Assembly: GCF_006345805.1 (NCBI RefSeq)
Contig: NC_042998.1
Coordinates: 153,388,001-153,452,000 of the forward strand
Direction: 5' to 3'
Length of the DNA: 64,000 nt
From: Octopus sinensis
Taxonomy: Eukaryota
The translations under genes and the position numbers were made by a program. Positions 10,480-21,754 of this stretch are shown here, in pieces. The notes below the pieces were generated by a model that was not told the origin of the DNA, did not search any database, and saw only the letters and a program-made list of their open reading frames with translations. Each line of letters starts with the position of its first letter. The stretch's first letter is position 1.

Positions 10480-13400
10480 ATGAATCCTGCCAAACGCGAG
10501 TTTTCTTTTCAGGTTCATGATGCTACTCGGGCCAATACCTCCCACTCCCTCAGGGTTGGCACCCTCAACGTTGGCACACTGAAAGGCAGATCTGGCGAGA
10601 TCGTTGAATTGCTTGAACGTAGGTGTGTCGATATATGCTGTATTCAAGAAGTGAGGTGGAGAGGAGGTTCTGCTAGGTTCCTCACAGGTAAAGGACAGAG
10701 GTACAAGATTTTCTGGGCTGGGAATACTGAAGGGGTCGGGGGTGTGGGTATACTTATCGCCGAAAAATGGGTAGATAAGGTAATCAAGGTAGTCAGAGTA
10801 TGTGACAGAATACTGAAGATTAGATTAGTGCTCCATCATAGTTTAGCAACTATTATATCAGCCTATGCCCCTCAGCCAGGGCTACCCGATGGACAGAAAG
10901 ACCGTTTCTATGACACCCTACTGCAGACCACCTCATTGACGAACGACAGGGATCTTCTCTTTGTGGCTGGTGACTTCAATGAGCATATTGGACGATATGC
11001 TGGGGGCTTCCATGGCGTACATGGAGGCTACAGTTATGGTTTCCGCAACGAGGAGGGAACCAGGCTGCTGGAGTTCTGTGATGCAAATAGTCTTATGGTT
11101 TGCAACACTAACTTCAGGAAACCGACAAGCCACCTGGTCACCTACCGATCGAGCTGGCATACTAGCCAAATCGACTACATCCTTGCCAGAAAAATGGAAA
11201 GATGGCTGCTTATAAATGTCAAAACCTTACCAGGCGAAGAATGTACCCCACAAGTAGTTAGTGGGGTAGACTGGTAGTTAGTGACTTTAGGATCAGGACT
11301 AAGGGGATGACTAGAAGACGACCAACATGGAGAAGAAGGGTCTGGAAGCTTAAAGACCCTGCAAATGGACAGAGATTTAGAGACATGTTACTTGAAGCCT
11401 TCAACAAAATAGAAGGGAGTATAGCTACACATAGGGTAGAAGATAACTGGACGCTTCTAAGGGACAACCTGCTGAAAGCCACTGACCAGATCTGTGGCTG
11501 GTGCAAAGTCCCCTCAAGACCCAAAATAACGTGGTGGTGGAACAATATTGTTGACAGGGCTATTAGACAAAAGAAACAGGCTTGGAAGGACTGGAAGAAC
11601 GGTGGTAGCAGGGAAGTTTATCAGACTGCCAGAAGGGAAGCTAGGATGCAGGTGTATTTAGCCAGAGGGGAAGCAGATAAGAAAAAATTAGCCAATGTTC
11701 TGCGCCGTGAGGATGAAAGACTTGAGGTATTTCGTATTGCAAGACAGTGTGTGAGAGAGAATCGTGACGTGGTAGGAGAGAAATGTGTTCGCAAGGGTGA
11801 CAGCTCACTTGCGCTAAATGAGGATGCAAAGAGAGAGGTTTGGAGACACCACTATGAATGGTTGCTGAATGAGGAAAATGAATGGGATAAAGAGAGTCTG
11901 CCGAATGTTGACCCAACAGAGGGACCAGCAATCCGAGTTGACAGTTCCTTAGTAGTTAAGGCAATTACAAGCATGAAAACAGGGAAAGCCCCTGGTCCAT
12001 CAGGAATCACTGCAGAGATGCTCAAAATATCTGATAGTGTCGGCTATAGCCTAGTCACCCGTAGAGTTAACCAGGTGATACACGAAGGAGTCATACCCAA
12101 TGACTGGAGTAGCAGCATAATAGTCAACTGCTACAAAGGTAAAGGTGACACTCTAGATACAAATAACTACAGGGGTATCAAGCTGCTGGATCAGGTAATG
12201 AAGGTCACGGAGAGGGTTATAGCCCAACTAATTAGAGAGAGAGTTAGCTTAGATGAGATGCAGTTTGGTTTCGTGCCAGGGGAAAGTACTACTGATGCTA
12301 TATTCCTGGTAAGACAGCTGCAGGAGAAATACCTAGCCAAAGACAAGCCCCAGTACCTGGCTTTTGTTGATGTGGAGAAAGCCTTCGACAGGGTCCCCCG
12401 ATCCCTTATCTGGTGGTCAATGAGGAAACTAGGGATAGATGAATGGTTAGTGAGAGCTGTGCGAACCATGTACAGAGACGCTGCTAGTAAGGTGAGGGTT
12501 GGCAACGAGTACAGTGAAGAATTCAGGGTAGAGGTTGGGGTCCACCAAGGCTCAGTCCTCAGTCCCCTCCTATTTATCATAGTCCTCCAGGCAATAACGG
12601 AGGAATTCAAGACAGGATGCCCCTGGGAGCTCCTCTATGCTGATGACCTTGCTCTAATTGCTGAGTCTCTATCAGAACTAGAGGAGAAGTTTCAGGTATG
12701 GAAGCAAGGTTCAGAATCGAAGGGCCTTAGAATCAACCTAGCCAAAACCAAAGTCCTAATAAGTAGGAAGGTAGACCAATCACAAACGCCTTCAGGTAGA
12801 TGGCCCTGCTCGATCTGTAGAAAAGGCGTAGGTAGAAACTCTATAAGATGCACCAAATGTAAGCTATGGACACATAAGAGATGTAGTAATGTCAAAGGAA
12901 GACTAACTAGGAAAATAGTTTTTATCTGTAGCAGATGCTCAGGAGCAATAAACTCTGAAAATATGCAGAGACCAACTTCTACCACGTTCCAGGGAGAAAA
13001 ACTAGAATTAGTTGATAGCTTCCGCTACCTAGGTGACCAAGTCAGTAGCAGGTGTGCTGAAAGTGTAACTGCTAGAGTAAGAATAGCCTGGGCAAAGTTT
13101 AGGGAGCTCTTACCCCTGCTGGCGACAAAAGGTCTCTCGCTCAAAGTAAAAGGCAGACTGTATGATGCATGTGTACGTACAGCCATGCTACATGGTAGTG
13201 AAACTTGGGCTGTGACTGCTGAGGATTTGCGTAAGCTCGCAAGAAATGAAGCTAGTATGCTCCGATGGATGTGTAACGTCAGTGTTCATAATCGACAGAG
13301 TGTAAGTACCTTGAGAGAAAAGTTGAACCTAAGAAGCATCAGTTGTTGTGTGCAAGAGAGACGTTTGCGCTGGTATGGTCATGTGATGAGAATGGCTGAA

Positions 13401-14047
13401 GATAGTTGTGTGCGAAAGTGCCACACCCTGGCAGTTGAGGGGACCTGTGGAAGAGGTAGACCCAGGAAAACCTGGGTCGAGGTGGTGAAGCACGACCTTC
13501 GAACTTTAGGTCTCACCAAGGAAATGACCAGAGACCGAGACCTTTGGAAGTATGCTGTGCATGAGAAAACCCGGCAAGACCAGTGAGAACAGTCAAAATC
13601 AAAATCAAGCCAAATCAATTCATATATCAGAAAGTAGAACCAAATTGAGGTTGATCAACATCAGTGGGAATTGCAGCTGTGGTTAAGCGAATCATCCGAT
13701 CGTGGTCGTTGCCGGCGCCGCCCCGTCTAGCCTCCGTGTCGGTGGCATGTAAAAGCACCATCCGTTCGTGTCCGTTGCCAGCCTCGCCTGGCCCCCGTGC
13801 CAGTGACACGTAAAAGCACCATCCGTTCGTGGCCGTTTGCCAGCTCTGTCTGGCACCTGTGCGGGTGGCACGTAAAAAGCACTCACTACACTCACGGAGT
13901 GGTTGGCGTTAGGAAGGGCATCCAGCCGTAGAAACACTGCCAGATCTGACTGGGCCTGATGAAGCCTTCCAGTTTCACAGACCCCAGTTGAACCATCCAA
14001 CCCATGCTAGCATGGAAAACGGACGCTAAATGATGATGATGATGATG
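10480..14047 (+). mobile_element. Near full-length RTE-clade LINE (APE endonuclease, RT, Cys-rich finger), one frameshift
   Basis: APE motifs TLNVGTL, CIQEVRW, GDFN and QIDYIL in 10474-11277. The 759-aa RT ORF 11307-13586 has FVDVEKAFD, GVHQGSVLSP, LYADD and CSICRK...CTKC...HKRC...CSRC. 3' UTR and (GAT)n tail extend to ~14047. Confidence 0.95.
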
Positions 14048-14076
14048 ATATATATATATATACATACATATATATT

Positions 14077-14114
<38 letters not shown>

Positions 14115-15556
14115 AGGTTTGGAGATGATGTACAGGTATTTTATATTAGAAGAAATGAGGTACTCAGAAAATCGGAAGGTTTTATATTTACAGATATTTA
14201 TTTGTATATTACGTGTTTTTATACATCATATAACTTAGATCATGTATTAGCGCTTTCTCCCATTCTAGTGGGGTTTTCAAATCAAACTAAGTTCCTGTGT
14301 GAAAAGTTTTGACCATTTTATAGTGGTATTGAGTTTGTAGTGGTGGGGAGGAATGTAAGACAGTACAAGAGGGTGATGGATGAGGAGAAAGTGAGAGAGA
14401 GAGAGAGTATGTGTGTGTGTGCTTTTGTATTTGGAACCAGTGCTAAAGAAAAAGAGGGGAAGGGAGAAGGAAGAAGAACTAAAGATTTTTTTTGCTCTGC
14501 TGGACAGCATGCTTACTCCAAGTGGGGTCTAAGATTTTGGGGAAAAAGAATTTCAGTTTTGACCATTTCATAGTGTTATTGAGTGTGTGGTGGCGGGGAG
14601 GTAGACCATAAATTATATCACTTTTTATCATTGTGAGAGAGTGTGTGTGTTTAATGAGGGATGGTCAAATGGTTTTTTGAGTTTAGAGAAGAAGAATTCT
14701 TGGAACTTTTCCTTTTGAACGGCACATGTCAACACAATTTCTAGTTAACTAAACACTTTAAAACTTTGTATACTGGTAGAATGTGTCAAAATAAAACATT
14801 TTTTTCTCTTGGCTTTCTTGAGAAAATTGTAATTTGTTTGTTTAACATAGTTTAATTTTTCGAATTTTAACCAATGAATCACCTCTAGTGAGCTAAAATC
14901 ATTTGCTGCATCTAAAACTGAGACAACATCCTGTCACTAACCCTAACCCTCACCCCCTCACCCTCACCCTAACTCTAACCTTTTTTTTTCTTAATTGTTA
15001 CGTGTGTAAAAAAAAAATGAAAGGCAATGGAAAATAATTTAAACAATTAACAAAATAATTCTATAATTTTATATACACGCTTTCTGTACGTATATAGAAA
15101 AATATTTCATAACTAAGTTCTCCCCCAAATTGAATGGCTGAAAATATCTCTATAATAAGCTGTACCAGATGAAGGACCAAATTTGCTAAGTAAACTGTAT
15201 TAAATATATACACACACACAGTTTTCTACACATATGTTTTGGTTTTTGAAAATACAACATTGAACAAATATTTGAATGAAACCATTTCACTTTAATTTGT
15301 GGAACCAGTTGCTCCTGTATGATAAAACTTACTATTTATTTAATCAGTGAGATATTAGACTAAATCAATTGAAGATCAGACAACAGACTCAGTAGTTGTC
15401 AGTTTGTATTCTGTCATTTGTAACTTCAACACAAGAGAGTCTCTTTTTCAAGTATGGACTTTATGAAATTTTACTCATCATACATTGAAGGACAAACCGT
15501 TCAATTTACAATTTAGTATAGTGAAGCATTTAGTATATATATATATATATATATAT

Positions 15557-16177
15557 TAATAAATGCCAAAACCTTCCCAGGCGAAGAATGTACCCCGCAA
15601 CATAGTCTGGTAGTTAGTGACTTCAGGATCAGGACTAAGAGGACAACCAGAAGACGACCAACATGGAGAAGAAGGATCCGGAAGCTTAAAGATCCTGCGA
15701 ATGGACAGAGATTTAGGGACATGTTACTTGAAGCCTTTGACGAAGTAGAAGGGGATAGAGTATCACATGGGGTAGAAGGCAACTGGACGTTTCTAAGGGA
15801 CAACCTGCTGAGAGCCACTGGCCAGATCTGTGGCTGGTGCTAAGTCCCCTCTCGTCCCAAGGTAACGTGGTGGTGGAACAATGTTGTAGACAGGGCTATT
15901 AGAGAAAAGAGACAGGCTTGGAAGGACTGGAAGAATGGTGGTAGCAGGGAATTGTATCAGACTGCCAAAAGGGAAGCTAGGAGACAGGTCTATCAAGCCA
16001 GAGGGGAAGCAGATAAGAAAAAATTTGCCAATGTTCTGCGCCGTGAGGACCAAAGACTTGAAGTATTTTGTGTTGCAAGACAGTGTGTGAGAGAGAATCG
16101 TGATGTGGTAGGAGAGAAATGTGTTCGCATGGAAGATGGTTCACTTGCGCTAAATGAGGATGCAAAGAGAGAGGTTT
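15557..16177 (+). mobile_element. Internal fragment of the same RTE family
   Basis: High similarity to 11210-11840. Confidence 0.9.
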
Positions 16178-16224
16178 AATTATTCATTTTGAATTGATAA
16201 AAGGTGGGTTTTTTTCTAGTATTT

Positions 16225-16257
<33 letters not shown>

Positions 16258-17923
16258 CACTACCGTCAGAAATTAATTAGCACCCTTGATTTGCTCTTCA
16301 CTCAAGGTATTTGCTGTCACCTAGTGGCCATATCTCGAACTATTGCTTTGTTGCGAGTTCACTGTTGCGCAGAACGATGACGTAACTTTGTTTGCAGAGC
16401 GGTTTGAGAGTCTACAGCCTAATGATGTTGACATAGCAGTGCAACAACAACTAGGAGTGCGGATGCAGACAAATCTTCCTTTGTTTAATAGATATAGGTA
16501 GCGCCTCGCAAGGACCGAAATCACACCGTACTAAGTTTTCTCATCGTGTAAGACGTTTTGAACAGCTCGTAGGTTAATTGATTTGTGTATTTGCAAGATT
16601 TTTTTTCCTCACAAATTCTCCTACACTCTGCTTGGTGACATCACTTCCGGTTCACAAAACTTTCTGTTATACATCAATTAAGGTGAGAAATTCTGCTTTC
16701 TTTCTTTCTTGTTTAATGAATAGTAACTCATAGCAGTTTTGTTATAGCATAACATTATTCAAATGAATAGTTTTAATGAAAATAACTGGTTTTTATCGTT
16801 CATTCCTAGATGGGCCCAAGACCTCGCATGACCTTGGAGAGACGGTACGAGGCTCTCTCGTGGCGTGGGAAGCTGTTGGAGGTTGCAATAGCCAGAAAAC
16901 TTGGCGTAGCCAGGCGCACAATTCAGTGCTTATTTAAGAAATACGAGGAAACCGGATCAGCAGCTGACAAAAAGGGTAGGGGACGGAGGAGGCTGACGAC
17001 CCAGCGGGAAGACCGGATGCTGATCCGAAAGTCACTGTACAACCGAAGGGCAACGAGCCGGCAACTGGCGGAGGAGATGCAAAAGATGACAGGGAAGCAG
17101 TTGTCTACAACCACCGTCAAGACCAGATTACTGGAAGCTGGTCTAAAATCCTGTAGGGCCGCCCGTAAGCTCTGGACAAGACATGGACCGTGCAGCAGTG
17201 GCGGACAGTGATGTTCACTGACGAGTCGCGATTCAGTCTCGTCAGTGACAAGCCTGTCCATGTGCGATGCCGCAGGGGTGAGCGCTTCAACAAAGACTGC
17301 ATTGCTTCCACCATGAAGCATGGTGGGGTGGTCTGATGGTGTGAGGGGCGTTCAGCTACAGTGGTGTTGGGCGGCTCTATGCCGTCGAAGGCAACATCAA
17401 CGCAGCAAAGTACGTTGAAATAGTACGGGATACCTCTTTGGTGGCAAGGAGTACGTGCTCCAGCAGGACAACGCGCCTTCCCACACAGCCAAGCGCACAA
17501 CCAGTTTCTTCAAGGACCATGGGGTGACGGTTATGGACTGGCCTGGCCAGTCACCTGACCTGAACCCTATTGAGAACCTCTGGAGTCGATTGGGTAGGGA
17601 TTTGAATGTGCAGCAATACAGGAACCGACGCGAGCTGTTTGGGGCACTTCTTGCTGCATGGGGGGGGGCATCCCTGCACAGTACCTGCAGGTACTCATAG
17701 ACAGCATGCCGACCCGCGTAGCAGCTGTCATTGCTGCCAAAGGAGGAGCAACAAGATATTGACTAAATTTCACGATTAATAACAATTATGTGGTGTGCTG
17801 GGATATGTTTTAATAAATTTTTGATTAAAAATGAGTTTGTTTCTGATAATAAGTTAATTAAATTAAGAAAATGTAAGAAAATGTAGAAATTTGAGAAGTG
17901 GTAATTAATTTCCGACGCAAGTG
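16258..17923 (+). mobile_element. Tc1-like (DD34E-type) DNA transposon with pseudogenised transposase
   Basis: Imperfect TIRs CACTACCGTCAGAAATTAATTAGCAC / GTGGTAATTAATTTCCGACGCAAGTG inside (TA)n. HTH N-terminus from 16810. FTDES, QQDNAP and SPDLNPIENLW motifs are split by frameshifts. Confidence 0.92.
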
Positions 17924-18109
17924 TATATATATATAGTGGTATAAATATCAACACAATTATTTCTCCTTCCTTTTTTTTTTTCCTCTTCTCCTTTCTTACC
18001 TTCTCCAAACTCACAGACACCCACACACACACACACATGCACACACACACACCTCCACAAAACGATAGTAAAGAGAATTCTTCTGCTCTAAACTAAAAAA
18101 AAACCATTT

Positions 18110-18785
18110 GACCAGTGGCCATAAAAAGTACCCATTACACTCTTGGAGTGGTTGGCATTAGGAGGGGCATTCAGTCGTAGAAACCATGCCAAATCAGACT
18201 GGAACCTGGTGCAGAACCTCTAGCTTACCAGTTCTAGTCAAACCATCTAACTCATGCCAGCATGGAAAGCAGACATCAAATGATGATGATGATGGTGATG
18301 ATGATGAGACCCTGACAGAACAGATCTAGTTATTAAGAGGTGACTCCATACTCTCCAAAGCTCCAGAACTCCTGAACTGGAGTCTCACCACAGAATGCAG
18401 CTTAATGTCATACCCAAGACACCATCAGCCCCTCTATAACAAAATGCTTGTGCTTATCCCTCTATCATAATTTAGCCTTTCAACACCTGGTGTACAGCCA
18501 TTAATCTTTGCCTTCTCCTCCCAAGTACTTGTTTATTGTGGGACCTTTTTTTCTCTTATGTCTTGCAAGGAACACAACACTTTATTAGTACTGGTGGCAT
18601 GAAACAACACCCAGTACATCCTGTAAAGTGGTTGACGTTAGGAAGGGTATGCAACTGTAGAAACCATACCAAAGATAACACTAGAGCTTGATGCAGTCCT
18701 ACAGCACACCAGTTCCCTGTCAAACTGTCCTGCCCATGCTAGCATGGAAAGTAGATGTTGGTAGTGATGACAATGATGATGTGAT
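18110..18785 (+). mobile_element. Two diverged RTE 3'-tail copies (~18110-18305 and ~18585-18785)
   Basis: GTGGTTGGC(A/G)TTAGGA...GTAGAAACC...CATGC(C/T)AGCATGGAAA core ending in GAT repeats. Confidence 0.7.
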
Positions 18786-18919
18786 CCATAACAGCATTAG
18801 CTGTGTGTCCAAAGTCTTGAAATAAACTTGGATGTGCTGGTGCATTTGTAGACTCACTACACAAGGGTATTTGGTACTACCAATATCTGAGCAGGAGGAC
18901 AAAGTTTTGGGTCTTCAGG

Positions 18920-19340
18920 TCTCTGGTCCCCCCTCTCTTGCTTTTTAGTTGCAAAACCTGGAAACTGTCTGGAGCCCTTAGGAGCTGCCTGAACTCCTTT
19001 GGTTCCAGGCTGCTTAACAAGAGTATGGATTACCATTGGTTAGATTTTCTGTTCAGCCAACAACTATATTCAGAAACTGGGATGTATCCTATTACATGTA
19101 TGATTAAGGATCATCAGCTTAGACTGTTTGGTCATATTTTCAACTTTCTGAGTTGACATCCTGTGCACCTTGTTCCCTTCTCTGAAGATCTGACTGGTCA
19201 GCCATATGCCACAATGGCCACTGTGGATGCAGAGGTATCTTGTGGAGATAGGGACTAACTGGGAAACTGCATGGAGCATAGTCCAGGGCAACACAAGCAA
19301 ATACCAACTAATGATGGATACAGCAACACCCTGCAACAGT
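18920..19340 (+). mobile_element. Old RTE-like LINE 3' fragment
   Basis: Frame reads ...YSETGMYPITCMIKDHQLRLFGHI..., resembling an RTE C-terminus. Confidence 0.5.
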
Positions 19341-20557
19341 GCATTTCCCCATACCTGACTTGATTTTAAAATAGGAAATTTGTATAATAAAAATGAGAGG
19401 TGGCCTCAGGTGCATTGGTATCAAAAAGATTCAATAGCTTTCAGAGACTATAATGTAACAAAAATAAATAAAAATAACTGCAATAAAATAATTATAGCAG
19501 ATCATTATGATTATTGTTTAGAATCATTTTTATTATGGATTGAATGGTAGTTACCATTTGTATAATAATATTATTACTTGTGACCATCTTTTGTCATATA
19601 AATGGCTCAGCATCCTCAATATTTCTTCTTCAGGCTTCTACTGGCAGCATACTACATATTTTCATCTCATTATCTATTTGTACATCATATGTACATATCA
19701 ACATAGTGGCTTTAAACACATTAACTACATTCATTTACCAAGTGTGGACTCCATGTTTCATGTAGATGAACATTGGACATCCAATGTCTCCATTTTTAGC
19801 ACCTTTCTTTCTCATCTTTTTGCAGATATCACCCATTTTGGTCCTATATACTACTACCATGCAGCATCACATTAATTATACATTCTTCATACCATCCACT
19901 TTTTCTTGAGACATCCCCTTTTTGACAAGTAACTACCTCCTAAACATCCACTTCTTTCTTACTTGAGTTATTGATATTTCCACTCCATCAATCTCTGCTA
20001 ATTGGTATTAATTATGGAGTCAATACAACAATTTCTCTACTACCTTCTACTTTCTCCCTCTAAACATTATCTCTTGAAGTTTGAAAATAAATAAAGTTGT
20101 TCTTAAAAAAATTTCAGAACAAAAAGTGATTTGAGTTTAATTCTTTAGTATTTATACAGGCCCAAATATTCTACCTGCTTTATGTTCAAGCTTGTCAAAT
20201 ATGGCCTCTCACATTAATCCTACAATATCATTCTAAAAATTAATAGTTACTTCATCAAAATCTCAAAGCAACAAGATAATACAAAAATTAATTCAAAACA
20301 TGTGAATAAATATTACTTTTGACAATAATGTGAACACTAAAGGGTTAATTAAAATGTGCATTTTCCTTGTAAGCAGGAGAATGTATTTGTGTGCATTGTA
20401 TGTGTTTTCATGTATGTAATTATGTAATGTATTTGAGTGCATGTGTGTATGTATGTAAGCTCCTGAAAGTAATTTTGTTAAAAGATTTCCTGCACTGTAG
20501 TGTATAATATTGAAAGCATGGAAATTTTACACTCTTTTATCTTTGTCTAATATAGGA

Positions 20558-21238
20558 ATGGAACTGCTCTTTATCAGAGAAGCCATGTATATGGTTCTTA
20601 CTATCATCTTAGGGCTGGTCATTGCACGCGTGTACCGAAGGCGGCGATATAAACACTACGAAGTGCGAGTGCGTGATGTAAGCAAAGGTCATCGTTGGAT
20701 GATGGTCAGCATCTTCCTCAAACCAACGTACTGTGTCATAAGCCAGAACAGAATTAGTGATGGTGCACAATGTCATTCCTGCAGTATTTGTGTTGATGCT
20801 GCCAACATGAAGGTAGCCAATCAAAAAATTCCTTGCAAGCCCCTCTCAGTGAAAAGCATGTTCACACATCATCAATGGGGGCATGGCAACTTGCCCTTGT
20901 ATAGTATCTGTTATATTTGCAACGAGCCTTGCAATAACCAGCTGCAACTTTGTGATTACATCTGCTCTTGGTGCCAACGCTGTGTCCATACTGAATGTTT
21001 CACACACTGTAAAAAAGAATGTGATCTTGGTCCTTACAAAACAGTGATTGTACCTCCACATTGTGTCACCCTTAAGTGGGTTGGTTTGAAAGGCAGGCAG
21101 CACCTTATTGTGGACTCAGTGAAGAGACCAAATATAGTGAACTGGAGCCCACTTATTGTCATTGCCAACCGAAAGAGTGGTAACAATGATGGGGAAAGCA
21201 TCTTACAAGCATTTCGTTCCTATCTGAATCCTGCACAG
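20558..21238 (+). CDS. DGKE: Diacylglycerol kinase epsilon, first coding exon (TM helix, C1A, C1B, start of catalytic domain)
   Basis: MELLF...VLTIILGLVIARVYRRRR (TM helix), two C1 domains, CDLGPYKTVIVPP, and WSPLIVIANRKSGNNDG...LNPAQ. Acceptor-like TATAG at 20551-20555; donor CAG|GTAAGA at 21239. 681 nt, phase 0. Confidence 0.95.
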
Positions 21239-21754
21239 GTAAGACAATTTCTCATTTTTTCTCTTTCATTTATTTTCTTCAGTTCATGCATTTCACTCAT
21301 TGCCTATTCTAGAGTACTACCTTCAAGATTATTTTAGTTGATCTATGTCTATCAACCTGCATTGTGTAGTTAGTGTACAGTTGTGTATATGGGTGAGTAT
21401 GATTAGTGCACAGTTGTGTACAGTTAATGTATAACTAGCATGCTATCAGTGTATGGTTACCATACAGTTAGTATATGGTTAAAGTACTTTCCTGCATGAG
21501 ATTTCTCTTTCATCTGATTTCTGTCATGAAGTCGGAACAGAGTACCAGTTGTTGAAAGATTCATGGTCAGGTACTAGAAAACATTTTAAAACCAATTCTT
21601 TTTCTCATTGTCTCAATATTTCAAAGTGTTCATAATTATTTGTAATTATTTGATAACAGCAGTTAATCCAAAGCTGCAGCTGTGGAAGTTAGCATGATAT
21701 TAACTCCAGTTGATTCCATGTATTGATAGTAAAGATATTTAACATTCCAATGTC

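Noticed and set aside
14938-14982. Interstitial telomere (CCCTAA-like)
   Set aside because: Only a few degenerate units inside repeat-like sequence; too short to support.
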